In this document: positions 1 through 7,936 of the stretch, piece by piece
How the letters are laid out: each line of letters starts with the position of its first letter
Position numbering within the stretch: position 1 is the first letter of the stretch
Source: an uncultured archaeon
GTDB taxonomy: Archaea > Iainarchaeota > Iainarchaeia > Iainarchaeales > CSSED10-239
Direction of reading: 5' to 3'
Assembly: GCA_964496765.1 (NCBI GenBank)
Contig: CAZCAP010000002.1
Location: forward strand, 30,001 to 62,000
Length of the DNA stretch: 32,000 nt
Position numbers and translations under genes: made by a program
Notes under the pieces: model-generated
The model's database searches: none
Seen by the model: the letters and a program-made list of their open reading frames with translations, nothing else
What the model was told of the DNA's origin: nothing

Positions 1-23
1 GAAATAAAAGAGTATGATTAAAT

Positions 24-446
24 ATGGAAGAAACAAATAAAGAAAGAACAGAACATAGAACTGATAAGTTCGACAAGAAAGAAATTTATGATAAAATTAT
101 TGAACTTACAAAAAAGGGAGAACCAAAAGCAAAGATTGGTCTAGCACTTAAAAAAATGAAGGTTCGCTCAATTAAGAAAGTTACAGGAAAAAGATTATCA
201 AAGGTACAGGATGAACTAAAACTCACATCAAAAAACGAAATACCTGATGATTTAATGGCATTAATCAAGAAAGCAGTTAAGCTAATTAAACACAAAGATT
301 CAAATAAAAAAGATATGACCTCCAAAAGAGGATATCAATTAACTGTTTCTAAAATAAATAGATTAAGAAATTATTATATAAGACAAGGTAAACTACCAAA
401 AGGATGGATTTATTCTGATGATAGTGCAAAACTACTTGTAAAGTAA
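24..446 (+). CDS. rps15: 30S ribosomal protein S15 (uS15), archaeal type with divergent N-terminus
   Basis: 140-aa ORF; C-terminus 'SKINRLRNYYIRQGKLPKGWIYSDDSAKLLVK' matches the archaeal/eukaryotic uS15 signature; followed by eS1. Confidence 0.87.
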   Translation: MEETNKERTEHRTDKFDKKEIYDKIIELTKKGEPKAKIGLALKKMKVRSIKKVTGKRLSKVQDELKLTSKNEIPDDLMALIKKAVKLIKHKDSNKKDMTSKRGYQLTVSKINRLRNYYIRQGKLPKGWIYSDDSAKLLVK

Positions 447-460
447 AGGGTTGATAATAA

Positions 461-1033
461 ATGGTTGAAAAAAAAAGAACAGTAGATAATTGGAAAAAGA
501 AAAAATGGTTTGTAATAACTGCAGACCCAATTTTTGATGGTAAAGAAATAGCAAAAACAGTTGCTATTGAAAACAAAAGCCTAACTGGAAGAACAATTAA
601 GAAAACACTTGATTCCCTAACAGGAAACATCAGGGATTCTGCCTATGTTATTACTTTCAAGGTTGATAAGATCACTGGTGGGAAAGCAGAAACAAGCATA
701 GCTAACATGGAAACTAAACCAGGCCATCTAAAAAGAATGATTAGAAGAATGAAATCAAAAATTGAAGATATTATTTATATCACAACAAAAGATGGACATA
801 AACTTAAACTAAAACTTCTTTTCATAACAGGTGCAAAGTATAGTACTCAAACAAGAACTGAAGCTAGAAACCAAATGAGAACAATATTCATGGAAGAACT
901 TAAAGATAAAGGCCTGAAAGAAGTTTGGAGCGAAATTATTTTCCAAAAAATATCTGAAAAATGCAAGAAAAAACTTGCAAAACTTGGATTTGTAAACAAA
1001 ATAATTATCTCCAAGGCAAAGTTGGTTGAGTGA
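461..1033 (+). CDS. rps3ae: 30S ribosomal protein S3Ae (eS1)
   Basis: 190-aa ORF; 'KKKWFVITADPIFDGKEIAKT' and 'KLKLLFITGAKYSTQTRTEARNQMR' resemble archaeal S3Ae. Confidence 0.88.
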   Translation: MVEKKRTVDNWKKKKWFVITADPIFDGKEIAKTVAIENKSLTGRTIKKTLDSLTGNIRDSAYVITFKVDKITGGKAETSIANMETKPGHLKRMIRRMKSKIEDIIYITTKDGHKLKLKLLFITGAKYSTQTRTEARNQMRTIFMEELKDKGLKEVWSEIIFQKISEKCKKKLAKLGFVNKIIISKAKLVE

Positions 1034-1054
1034 GGGTCTAAAACCTGATAAAAA

Positions 1055-1768
1055 ATGATCTCAACAATTTTACTTTATTTTCTTATTTTTATTTTTTTAG
1101 GATTATTACTTAACTTTATAGGTAAGTATGATCTTATTACAATCTCAGTGGTATATGTAGTCGCTAGTTTGTTCATGTACTTTGTGGACATATATGCGGT
1201 TGTATATCTTGTGCTATTCTTTGGAATATCAGAAAGCGTAACTTCACTATTTAATAAGAAGCACGCACAAAGAACCTATAAAAATCTACTTGGAAACTGC
1301 CTTGCAAGCATCATATTCCTTATAGCTGGAGCAATAACAGAGTATTTTTCACCAGGTTCATTCATTTATTTTGGGGTTGGAGCCCTAGCTGGAATATCAG
1401 CAGCCTTTTCAGATACCCTATCTTCAGAGATTGGTTATCTTTCAAGCAAAAAGCCAAGAATGATAACCACATTTAGAAAGGTTGAAAAAGGGATTGATGG
1501 TGGAATTACTTTTCTTGGAACAGCAGCAGCAGCTCTTGGAGCACTAATTACTGCTATGTTCTTCTGGTTTGTTAACACAATAGGAGTAAACCTTGTATAT
1601 ACAACTAAGATAATTATTGTTGTTGCTGTTTGTGGACTAGTTGGGTCATTGATTGATAGTATAATTGGGGGACTCTTTGAGACAAAGGGATATCTTAATA
1701 ATTCCCAAACTAATTTTCTTGCAACTTTTATAACTGGACTAATTGCTCTTCTTATAATGACTATTTAA
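1055..1768 (+). CDS. DUF92 / TIGR00297-type integral membrane protein (phytyl-phosphate kinase VTE6-like family)
   Basis: 237 aa, multiple hydrophobic segments, DUF92-like 'AAFSDTLSSEIGYLSSKKPRMITTFRKVEKGIDGGITFLGTAAAALGA'. Confidence 0.82.
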   Translation: MISTILLYFLIFIFLGLLLNFIGKYDLITISVVYVVASLFMYFVDIYAVVYLVLFFGISESVTSLFNKKHAQRTYKNLLGNCLASIIFLIAGAITEYFSPGSFIYFGVGALAGISAAFSDTLSSEIGYLSSKKPRMITTFRKVEKGIDGGITFLGTAAAALGALITAMFFWFVNTIGVNLVYTTKIIIVVAVCGLVGSLIDSIIGGLFETKGYLNNSQTNFLATFITGLIALLIMTI

Positions 1769-1809
1769 AACATCTTTTTTTATAATGTATAGCACACAAT
1801 CATTTGACT

Positions 1810-2250
1810 ATGGAAACAAGACTTGAAAAAATTAAGTTTGTTATTTGGTTTGTTGTTCTTTATTCAGTTCTTCTCACCATTGGACTTAAATTAATTGGGA
1901 AGATGCTCATTAAAATCGATGTGTGGATAATTGAAAGGGTTCTTGGGAACATAATAAACTACAACTCATTTGTATTTGTACCAGAATGTAGTGGGGTTGT
2001 TGCAATTTCTGCGTATCTTGCAATAGTTATTGCTCTAATGATTACAAAATATAGATTGAATTGGAAATGCATTATTGGTTCTATGATTATACTTGGAATA
2101 TGGAACTTGATTAGAATAATTATTGTTGTCTATTCAGAAAAAATTAGTTTTTCTTTAGCAAAGGTTCTTCATGTGGTCTTCTGGTTTATAACAGGAATAA
2201 TTATTATGCTACTTGCTATAAAAAGCTTAAAGAAAAAGAAGAATAAATAA
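1810..2250 (+). CDS. Archaeosortase/exosortase-family transmembrane protein
   Basis: Hydrophobic ~146-aa protein with 'PECSGV' (Cys 1987-1989), 'NLIRIII' (Arg 2113-2115) and 'LHVVFW' (His 2170-2172), the order expected for the exosortase/archaeosortase triad. The ORF track starts at TTG 1804; ATG at 1810. Confidence 0.75.
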   Translation: METRLEKIKFVIWFVVLYSVLLTIGLKLIGKMLIKIDVWIIERVLGNIINYNSFVFVPECSGVVAISAYLAIVIALMITKYRLNWKCIIGSMIILGIWNLIRIIIVVYSEKISFSLAKVLHVVFWFITGIIIMLLAIKSLKKKKNK

Positions 2251-2274
2251 GTTAAAATATAACTTATTTATGTT

Positions 2275-3936
2275 TTATTTTTTGTGTGTTGAATGATGCT
2301 CATCTGTTAATAGTATTCTTCTTGCAATCTGTGAATAAACTGGTCTTGCAATTAGTATACCTATCAATGTTCCTAGAAGTATGGTTACAGCAAACCCAAT
2401 AAGTTTACTTATTCCTCCTCCCATAATAACGATTGGAAGCATTGTTGCAATTACAGTTGAAGCTGAGGCAAACACAATAAAGAAAGCATGCTTAATCTTT
2501 ACTTTTAAACTCTCCTGAGTATGGCCTTCAGCAACTTCTCTATGATGTGTTTTTCCTTTTAATAGTTCATCAACAATAATTATGGATGAATCTGCACAGG
2601 TTCCTATAGTTGCTAGGATACCAGCAACAGCTGCAAGATCTAACCTAAAATTAATGAGTGTGAGCAAACCAAGAAGAATAATAATCTCAGAGGATGCAGT
2701 TAAAATGATTGGAAGAGCTAGTTTTAGATATCTATATCTAATGAATAGAACAATTGAAACTAGAAAAATTGCTATTATTCCAATGAGTAAAGAATAATTT
2801 AGGAAGTCCTTACCCAAATAAGGAGAAATTGATTCTGTGCTAATGCTTTCAATTGGAATTGGAAGTGATCCAGATTCTAGAATAACTAATAAGTCATCTA
2901 ACCTCTTCTTACTATTTTCTTCTCCATTTGCGTTTCCTGTTATTGTTAGTTGTGAAAAGGTCTTAAATCTTGTTGAGTCAATTGTAGGAACGTCCATGTT
3001 TGCAATTCCTGGAGTGATTGAGACAATTGACTTAAGTCCAGTTGCTTCCCAGATCCATGGTTGGGTTTCTGATTTTTGCTTAACAACTACCTTATACCCA
3101 ATTTCTTCTAGCTTTTGTTTCACGCTATCAGAAACTGCAGGAGAAACAATTGCTTTCTTATAAGTATTATAATCTGATGTTAGACTTGTGATTTCATCAT
3201 CACTTAGACTATTTTTATCAATAGTATAATAATTTGTGTTTAATTGATTAAGAACATCCTCAATTGGTATGAATTGACTTGCGAGTTCAGGAGCAATTGG
3301 AACATCCTGTTCTTCCAAGTATAACTCATTATCCATTATTATTATTGAATCTGTTGGTCTATCAATAAAGAAATAGGTTCTTGAACAATCATAGTCACTA
3401 TCACTTGTTCCAGAGCCCGTTGGTATGCACTTGTGGAAGGTCATTTTTGCGAACTTCTGTGCGCCATCAGGAGATAAAAGAAATGGTAATGTCCACTGAA
3501 AAACATCATTTTGCTTATCGATTTCCTGAAGTCCATAGCCCTTTGATGGATCTTTAAAAATGGATTTTATATCGTCTCCAGAAAAAAGAACCTCACCATC
3601 AAGGACAGCTTCAAACTTACCTTGTTTTAATAATGTTTCTTTTATTTTATTTATTTCTTCAGGATTTGACTCAGCTAATTGGGCAACTATGTATTGATTA
3701 CCTGAGGGGGTCACCTTTGCATCCTTTGAACCTGACCAATCAAGCCTTCTTGAGATTACTGATGCTGTTTGATTAATTTCATCAGAGGATACTGGTTGTT
3801 CAAGAGCTATTTGAAATGCTGTCCCTCCAGAAAAATCAACTCCGTACTTTAATCCTTTTCCAGCAATTAGGATTAGGGCAATAAGGATTAGTACAATCCA
3901 CAAAACAATTATTGGTTTCTTAAGTAATGTTCTCAT
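2275..3936 (-). CDS. secD: Protein translocase subunit SecD, archaeal type
   Basis: 553 aa; N-terminal TM plus 'GVDFSGGTAFQIAL', large periplasmic-type domain, C-terminal RND-like TM bundle with 'LDLAAVAGILATIGTCADSSIIIVDE'. Confidence 0.88.
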   Translation of the reverse strand: MRTLLKKPIIVLWIVLILIALILIAGKGLKYGVDFSGGTAFQIALEQPVSSDEINQTASVISRRLDWSGSKDAKVTPSGNQYIVAQLAESNPEEINKIKETLLKQGKFEAVLDGEVLFSGDDIKSIFKDPSKGYGLQEIDKQNDVFQWTLPFLLSPDGAQKFAKMTFHKCIPTGSGTSDSDYDCSRTYFFIDRPTDSIIIMDNELYLEEQDVPIAPELASQFIPIEDVLNQLNTNYYTIDKNSLSDDEITSLTSDYNTYKKAIVSPAVSDSVKQKLEEIGYKVVVKQKSETQPWIWEATGLKSIVSITPGIANMDVPTIDSTRFKTFSQLTITGNANGEENSKKRLDDLLVILESGSLPIPIESISTESISPYLGKDFLNYSLLIGIIAIFLVSIVLFIRYRYLKLALPIILTASSEIIILLGLLTLINFRLDLAAVAGILATIGTCADSSIIIVDELLKGKTHHREVAEGHTQESLKVKIKHAFFIVFASASTVIATMLPIVIMGGGISKLIGFAVTILLGTLIGILIARPVYSQIARRILLTDEHHSTHKK

Positions 3937-3964
3937 ATTTTTTCACACTTTTATAATAATGATT

Positions 3965-5071
3965 TTAGTTTGTTCCTTGTTTTCTTTTTTCTTTTGCTAA
4001 CACATAGTTAAGTAATGTGGGTGCATTAAAGAACCAGGTTGCTATAATATCACCAACTAATCCAAATGCTAAAATAATTGCAATTTCATAAACAACAAGC
4101 ATTTGAGCAGCATAGGAGATTACAAGCATAGCAAGAACAGTTACAATGGTTGCAAAAGTCATGGTTAATCCTGTTTTAATTGAATCATTTGCTGCTTTTA
4201 TTGGATCTCCAGTTCTGTCTTTCAAAACTCTTGTGGTTAGAAGAATATCTGTATCAACCGAATAACCAATTAACATTAAAAGCGCTGGTATTGTTACTAA
4301 ACTTAATGGCAAATTAAATACTGCCATACCAACTAATCCTGCACCCATATCAAATAGTGCAGAAAATATGATTAATGCAGATGGCATGATCTCTCTAAAA
4401 AAGTATAATACTACTAATATCAATAAAATAAATGCTGTTATTCCAACCTTGATTGCAGTTTTTACAAAATCAGAACCTAGGGTTGCTGCAACCTCTCTTG
4501 ATTGAACTTTAGAATTATCATCCAATGATAATTCAGTTTTAACAAGTGCATTTATTTGGGTTCCAAAATTATTACTTGCAGATATTATTTTTTCATTAAG
4601 TATAGTTTTAACTTCATCCCTAGTTAATGCCTGATCAATATTAACCAAATCAAATTCAGTTAAATATTTACTAGCAATTAAAGGTGCTAAAACATCTTTT
4701 GACTGGGTTTTTACATCCTCAATGGATGCATTTACAAAATCAATTTTTTGCTTATTTGCTTTTGCAACATCAAATTCCTGTGGTTGTGCAAATTCAATTA
4801 ATAATCCAAAAGAGGTAATTGCATTTGTTTCACTTACATGAACCTCACTCAATCCATATTGATTAATTAATTTATCCTTTAGAGATGCATAATCCTTTGG
4901 AGAATCAAAATTAACAATTATTTGATACCCTCCTTTTAGATCAATCCCCTTGTGTATGCCTGGATAAATAAAAACAAGTACTATAATTATAGCCACCATA
5001 ATTGCAGGAACAATTAATAGTCTATTGTATTTCTTATTGTGATCATAAAGTTTATTCATAGGTATCATCAT
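3965..5071 (-). CDS. secF: Protein translocase subunit SecF, archaeal type
   Basis: 368 aa; 'GIDLKGGYQIIV' and 'LVTIPALLMLIGYSVDTDILLTTRVLKDR' (SecF signature); 28 bp upstream of secD on the same strand. Confidence 0.87.
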   Translation of the reverse strand: MMIPMNKLYDHNKKYNRLLIVPAIMVAIIIVLVFIYPGIHKGIDLKGGYQIIVNFDSPKDYASLKDKLINQYGLSEVHVSETNAITSFGLLIEFAQPQEFDVAKANKQKIDFVNASIEDVKTQSKDVLAPLIASKYLTEFDLVNIDQALTRDEVKTILNEKIISASNNFGTQINALVKTELSLDDNSKVQSREVAATLGSDFVKTAIKVGITAFILLILVVLYFFREIMPSALIIFSALFDMGAGLVGMAVFNLPLSLVTIPALLMLIGYSVDTDILLTTRVLKDRTGDPIKAANDSIKTGLTMTFATIVTVLAMLVISYAAQMLVVYEIAIILAFGLVGDIIATWFFNAPTLLNYVLAKEKRKQGTN

Positions 5072-5225
5072 TTTAGTTTTATTTATATAAGTTTATAACT
5101 AATTTAAAATTAGCAATATATTATATTATGATGAGAAATATATATAAATGTTAACTGAAGCAAATAACCTATAAAATCTAAAAAATTACCCACTCTTTAA
5201 ATACTATTTCATACTTTAAATATAT

Positions 5226-6092
5226 ATGAGGTACCCACAGCTATTCAAATCTAAAGAATTGATTGATATTGTTATTAAGCAATTAAAGAAAGATCCTGTA
5301 ACCAACAACAATATCTTTAAGTATGTTGATGAATTTCAACATAGAATAACAGAAAGATATGAGAAGATTGTTGATCAATTACCAGACTATGAAAAGATGG
5401 AACCCTACTATTTAATGATGTCTAAAAACATAATTTCTCAAGGCACAATGGAGAAGCATAAAAATCACTATAGAGTTACAATTACTGTTATTAATCAAAT
5501 TTCTGAAAAATACAAAAAACAACTAAGAATACAAAAACAATTATCTGATAAAATTAAGTTACAAAGAGAATATCTTGGAAGAGTAATTTCTGCAATTAAA
5601 AAACTAGATAAGACTACAGAAATATTATTTACCTATGCTGATGATTTTAAAAGAATACCAAATCCAAGAAAATTATTTACTATTGTTCTCGTGGGAGTTC
5701 CAAACACAGGAAAAACAACCTTTTTAACAGAATTAACGGATGCAGATCCAGAAATAAATAGCTATGCATTCACAACCAAATCTCTTAATTTTGGATATTT
5801 TAAAAAAAGAGAAGAAATTATACAGGTTATTGATACTCCAGGCCTAATTCATGGAGAATTTAAAGAAATGAATATAATCGAAAAACAAGCAATAGTTGCA
5901 ATCAAGGCACTGGGAGATGTGATTATCTTCTTATATAATAAAAATCAAACATTTGAGCATCAGCAGGAAATTCTTGAAAAAATCATTTCAGAAAATCCAG
6001 AAAAAAAAGTATTTGTTTATGCTTCATTTGGTGGAGATATGAAAGGATATCCAAATATCACTAGAGAAAAAATACTAGCTAAAGAATTTTAG
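5226..6092 (+). CDS. NOG1/Obg-like GTP-binding protein (short, divergent)
   Basis: 288 aa; P-loop 'GVPNTGKTTF', G3 'DTPGL', NOG1-like helical N-terminus and 'SYAFTTKSLNFGYF' switch region. Confidence 0.78.
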   Translation: MRYPQLFKSKELIDIVIKQLKKDPVTNNNIFKYVDEFQHRITERYEKIVDQLPDYEKMEPYYLMMSKNIISQGTMEKHKNHYRVTITVINQISEKYKKQLRIQKQLSDKIKLQREYLGRVISAIKKLDKTTEILFTYADDFKRIPNPRKLFTIVLVGVPNTGKTTFLTELTDADPEINSYAFTTKSLNFGYFKKREEIIQVIDTPGLIHGEFKEMNIIEKQAIVAIKALGDVIIFLYNKNQTFEHQQEILEKIISENPEKKVFVYASFGGDMKGYPNITREKILAKEF

Positions 6093-6204
6093 GCTAGTTT
6101 GTTAATAAAAGTTTAGTTTTCAAATCCAAAAGTATTAAAATACATATTTTATATATAATACTACTTTTACAACACAACAGTTGTCATGCAAGAGGTGAAT
6201 ACAA

Positions 6205-6477
6205 ATGACTAAAAAAAAAGAAATTTGTGATAAGCTCATAAAAGAAATAATGACGGAGGCAGAATATCTTCTTGAGGACCACACAATTCCAAAAAATATA
6301 ACAAATGTAATTAAATCTGTTGAAGAGAGATTACAAAAAAATCTAAATTCTGTGGAAGTTTCAAGCATAATATATGAACTTGAAGACACGGCAAATGGAC
6401 TAAATGCTCCTGAATTTAGGTCAGTGGTTTGGAGCCTTATTAGTAAACTTGAAACACTTATGGAGAACTTGAAATAG
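6205..6477 (+). CDS. UPF0147-family small protein
   Basis: 90 aa; 'DHTIPKNITNVIKSVEERL...YELEDTANGLNAPEFRSVVWSLISKLE' resembles archaeal UPF0147; preceded by an AGAGGTGA Shine-Dalgarno; ends 1 nt before the DP1 start. Confidence 0.68.
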   Translation: MTKKKEICDKLIKEIMTEAEYLLEDHTIPKNITNVIKSVEERLQKNLNSVEVSSIIYELEDTANGLNAPEFRSVVWSLISKLETLMENLK

Positions 6478-6478
6478 A

Positions 6479-7930
6479 ATGGATCAGGAAATAGTGAATT
6501 ATGCAAACATAAATGGAATGATACTTACAGAGGAAGCACTAAGACTCTTGAATAATTATAATTATAAGGATGTTATTGATAGGCTTAAAGCAAAAGGGAA
6601 AATATTTATTTTGCCAAATGATGTAATAACTATTTGTAAAGAGGGAGATTGTAAAACAAAAACAGAATACACAAAAAACTATTATATAATGGATAAGTAT
6701 GATGTTACTGGGAAAACCTATTCACAGGGAAGAGTAGAGGATTTCCTTAATCTGTTTACAGACAAATATAAAACTATTTCTGAAATTATTAAAGAAAGAC
6801 CAAATTTAGATATTGTAAATATATCTGATGCCAAACATAAAGGAAAGAACAAACAGGTAGATATAATTGGAATGGTTTATGAGAAGAGAACAAGCAAAAA
6901 TGGAAACACGATAATTAATGTGGACGATCCAACTGGGTCTGTTAATCTTGTTGTAACAAGTAAGAATGAGGAATTATTCAAGGAATCAAAAGAAGTACTC
7001 AAGGATAACGTGCTTGGTTTTAAATGCAATGTAATTGCAGAAAATATGTTTATTGTTAATGAAATAATTTATCCAGACATTCCTATGCAAAATAATAAAC
7101 CACAGCTTAATGAAGATGTATATGTTGCAATCATTGCAGATACACACGTTGGTAGTAAATTATTTTTAGAAAATGAATTTGCTGAGTTTATTGATTGGCT
7201 AGCAGGAAATCAGGAAGAAGACAAAGAACTTGCAAAAAAAATTAAATATTTAATAATTGCAGGAGACCTGGTGGACGGGATTGGAGTTTATCCTGCACAA
7301 TATGAAGAACTTGCAATTACTGATATATTCAAACAGTATGAGTTATTTGAAAATTATATTTTAAAAATCCCAAAAGAAATTGAAATATTTATAACTCCTG
7401 GAAATCATGATGCAGTTAGGTTATCTGACCCACAACCAGCAATTGCCAATGAATTCATTTCAAGATTATATGAACAGGAAAATATACACATTATGGGTTC
7501 TCCTTCATGGGTAAACCTAGAGGGATTTAAAACTCTAATTTATCATGGAGCATCTCTTCATGGAATATATGCAGAAATAAAAGAAGCAACCATGTCAAAA
7601 CCAGATGTTGCGATTAGAGAAGTAATTAAGAGAAGAGATCTTATGCCTCAATATGGAGAAAGACAAACATTCATCCCAATGGAAAAAAACCTAATGACAA
7701 TTAATGAGGTCCCAGATATATTTATTGGAGCAGATGTTCATCATCACGCCTATTCAAAGTATAAAAATTGTCATTTAATTAATGCATCCTGCTGGCAATC
7801 AGTTACTGCATATCAAATAGAGAAGGGGCATCACCCCACACTCTGTAAAGTGCTGCTATTTAATCTTAAGGACCAAACACTGAAAATAAAAGATTTTTTA
7901 AAAACAGAAGAAGAAAAAATGCAAATCTAA
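6479..7930 (+). CDS. polB: DNA polymerase D small subunit DP1 (calcineurin-like phosphoesterase)
   Basis: 483 aa; OB-like region then 'IIADTHVGSKLF', 'IAGDLVDGIGVYP', 'TPGNHDAVR', 'IYHGASLHG'; followed by DP2. Confidence 0.93.
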   Translation: MDQEIVNYANINGMILTEEALRLLNNYNYKDVIDRLKAKGKIFILPNDVITICKEGDCKTKTEYTKNYYIMDKYDVTGKTYSQGRVEDFLNLFTDKYKTISEIIKERPNLDIVNISDAKHKGKNKQVDIIGMVYEKRTSKNGNTIINVDDPTGSVNLVVTSKNEELFKESKEVLKDNVLGFKCNVIAENMFIVNEIIYPDIPMQNNKPQLNEDVYVAIIADTHVGSKLFLENEFAEFIDWLAGNQEEDKELAKKIKYLIIAGDLVDGIGVYPAQYEELAITDIFKQYELFENYILKIPKEIEIFITPGNHDAVRLSDPQPAIANEFISRLYEQENIHIMGSPSWVNLEGFKTLIYHGASLHGIYAEIKEATMSKPDVAIREVIKRRDLMPQYGERQTFIPMEKNLMTINEVPDIFIGADVHHHAYSKYKNCHLINASCWQSVTAYQIEKGHHPTLCKVLLFNLKDQTLKIKDFLKTEEEKMQI

Positions 7931-7936
7931 ATAAAT

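Noticed and set aside
86-630. Minus-strand ORFs 86-325 and 349-630
   Set aside because: They lie opposite the well-supported uS15 and eS1 genes or their junction, with low-complexity Phe/Leu/Ser-rich sequence typical of antisense shadow ORFs.
2582-3163. Plus-strand ORFs 2582-2797 and 2837-3163
   Set aside because: Antisense shadows of secD with no recognisable domain.
5128-5158. Possible box C/D sRNA ('ATGATGA'...'CTGA')
   Set aside because: Only one C-like and one D-like box; no C'/D' partner with correct spacing or terminal stem.
6141-6195. Short inverted repeat ACAAC/GTTGT near 6170 considered as terminator or hairpin
   Set aside because: Only 5 bp stem in a low-complexity region, expected by chance.
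6135-6506. Minus-strand 123-aa ORF
   Set aside because: Fully overlaps the UPF0147-like gene, which has a good Shine-Dalgarno and family resemblance.
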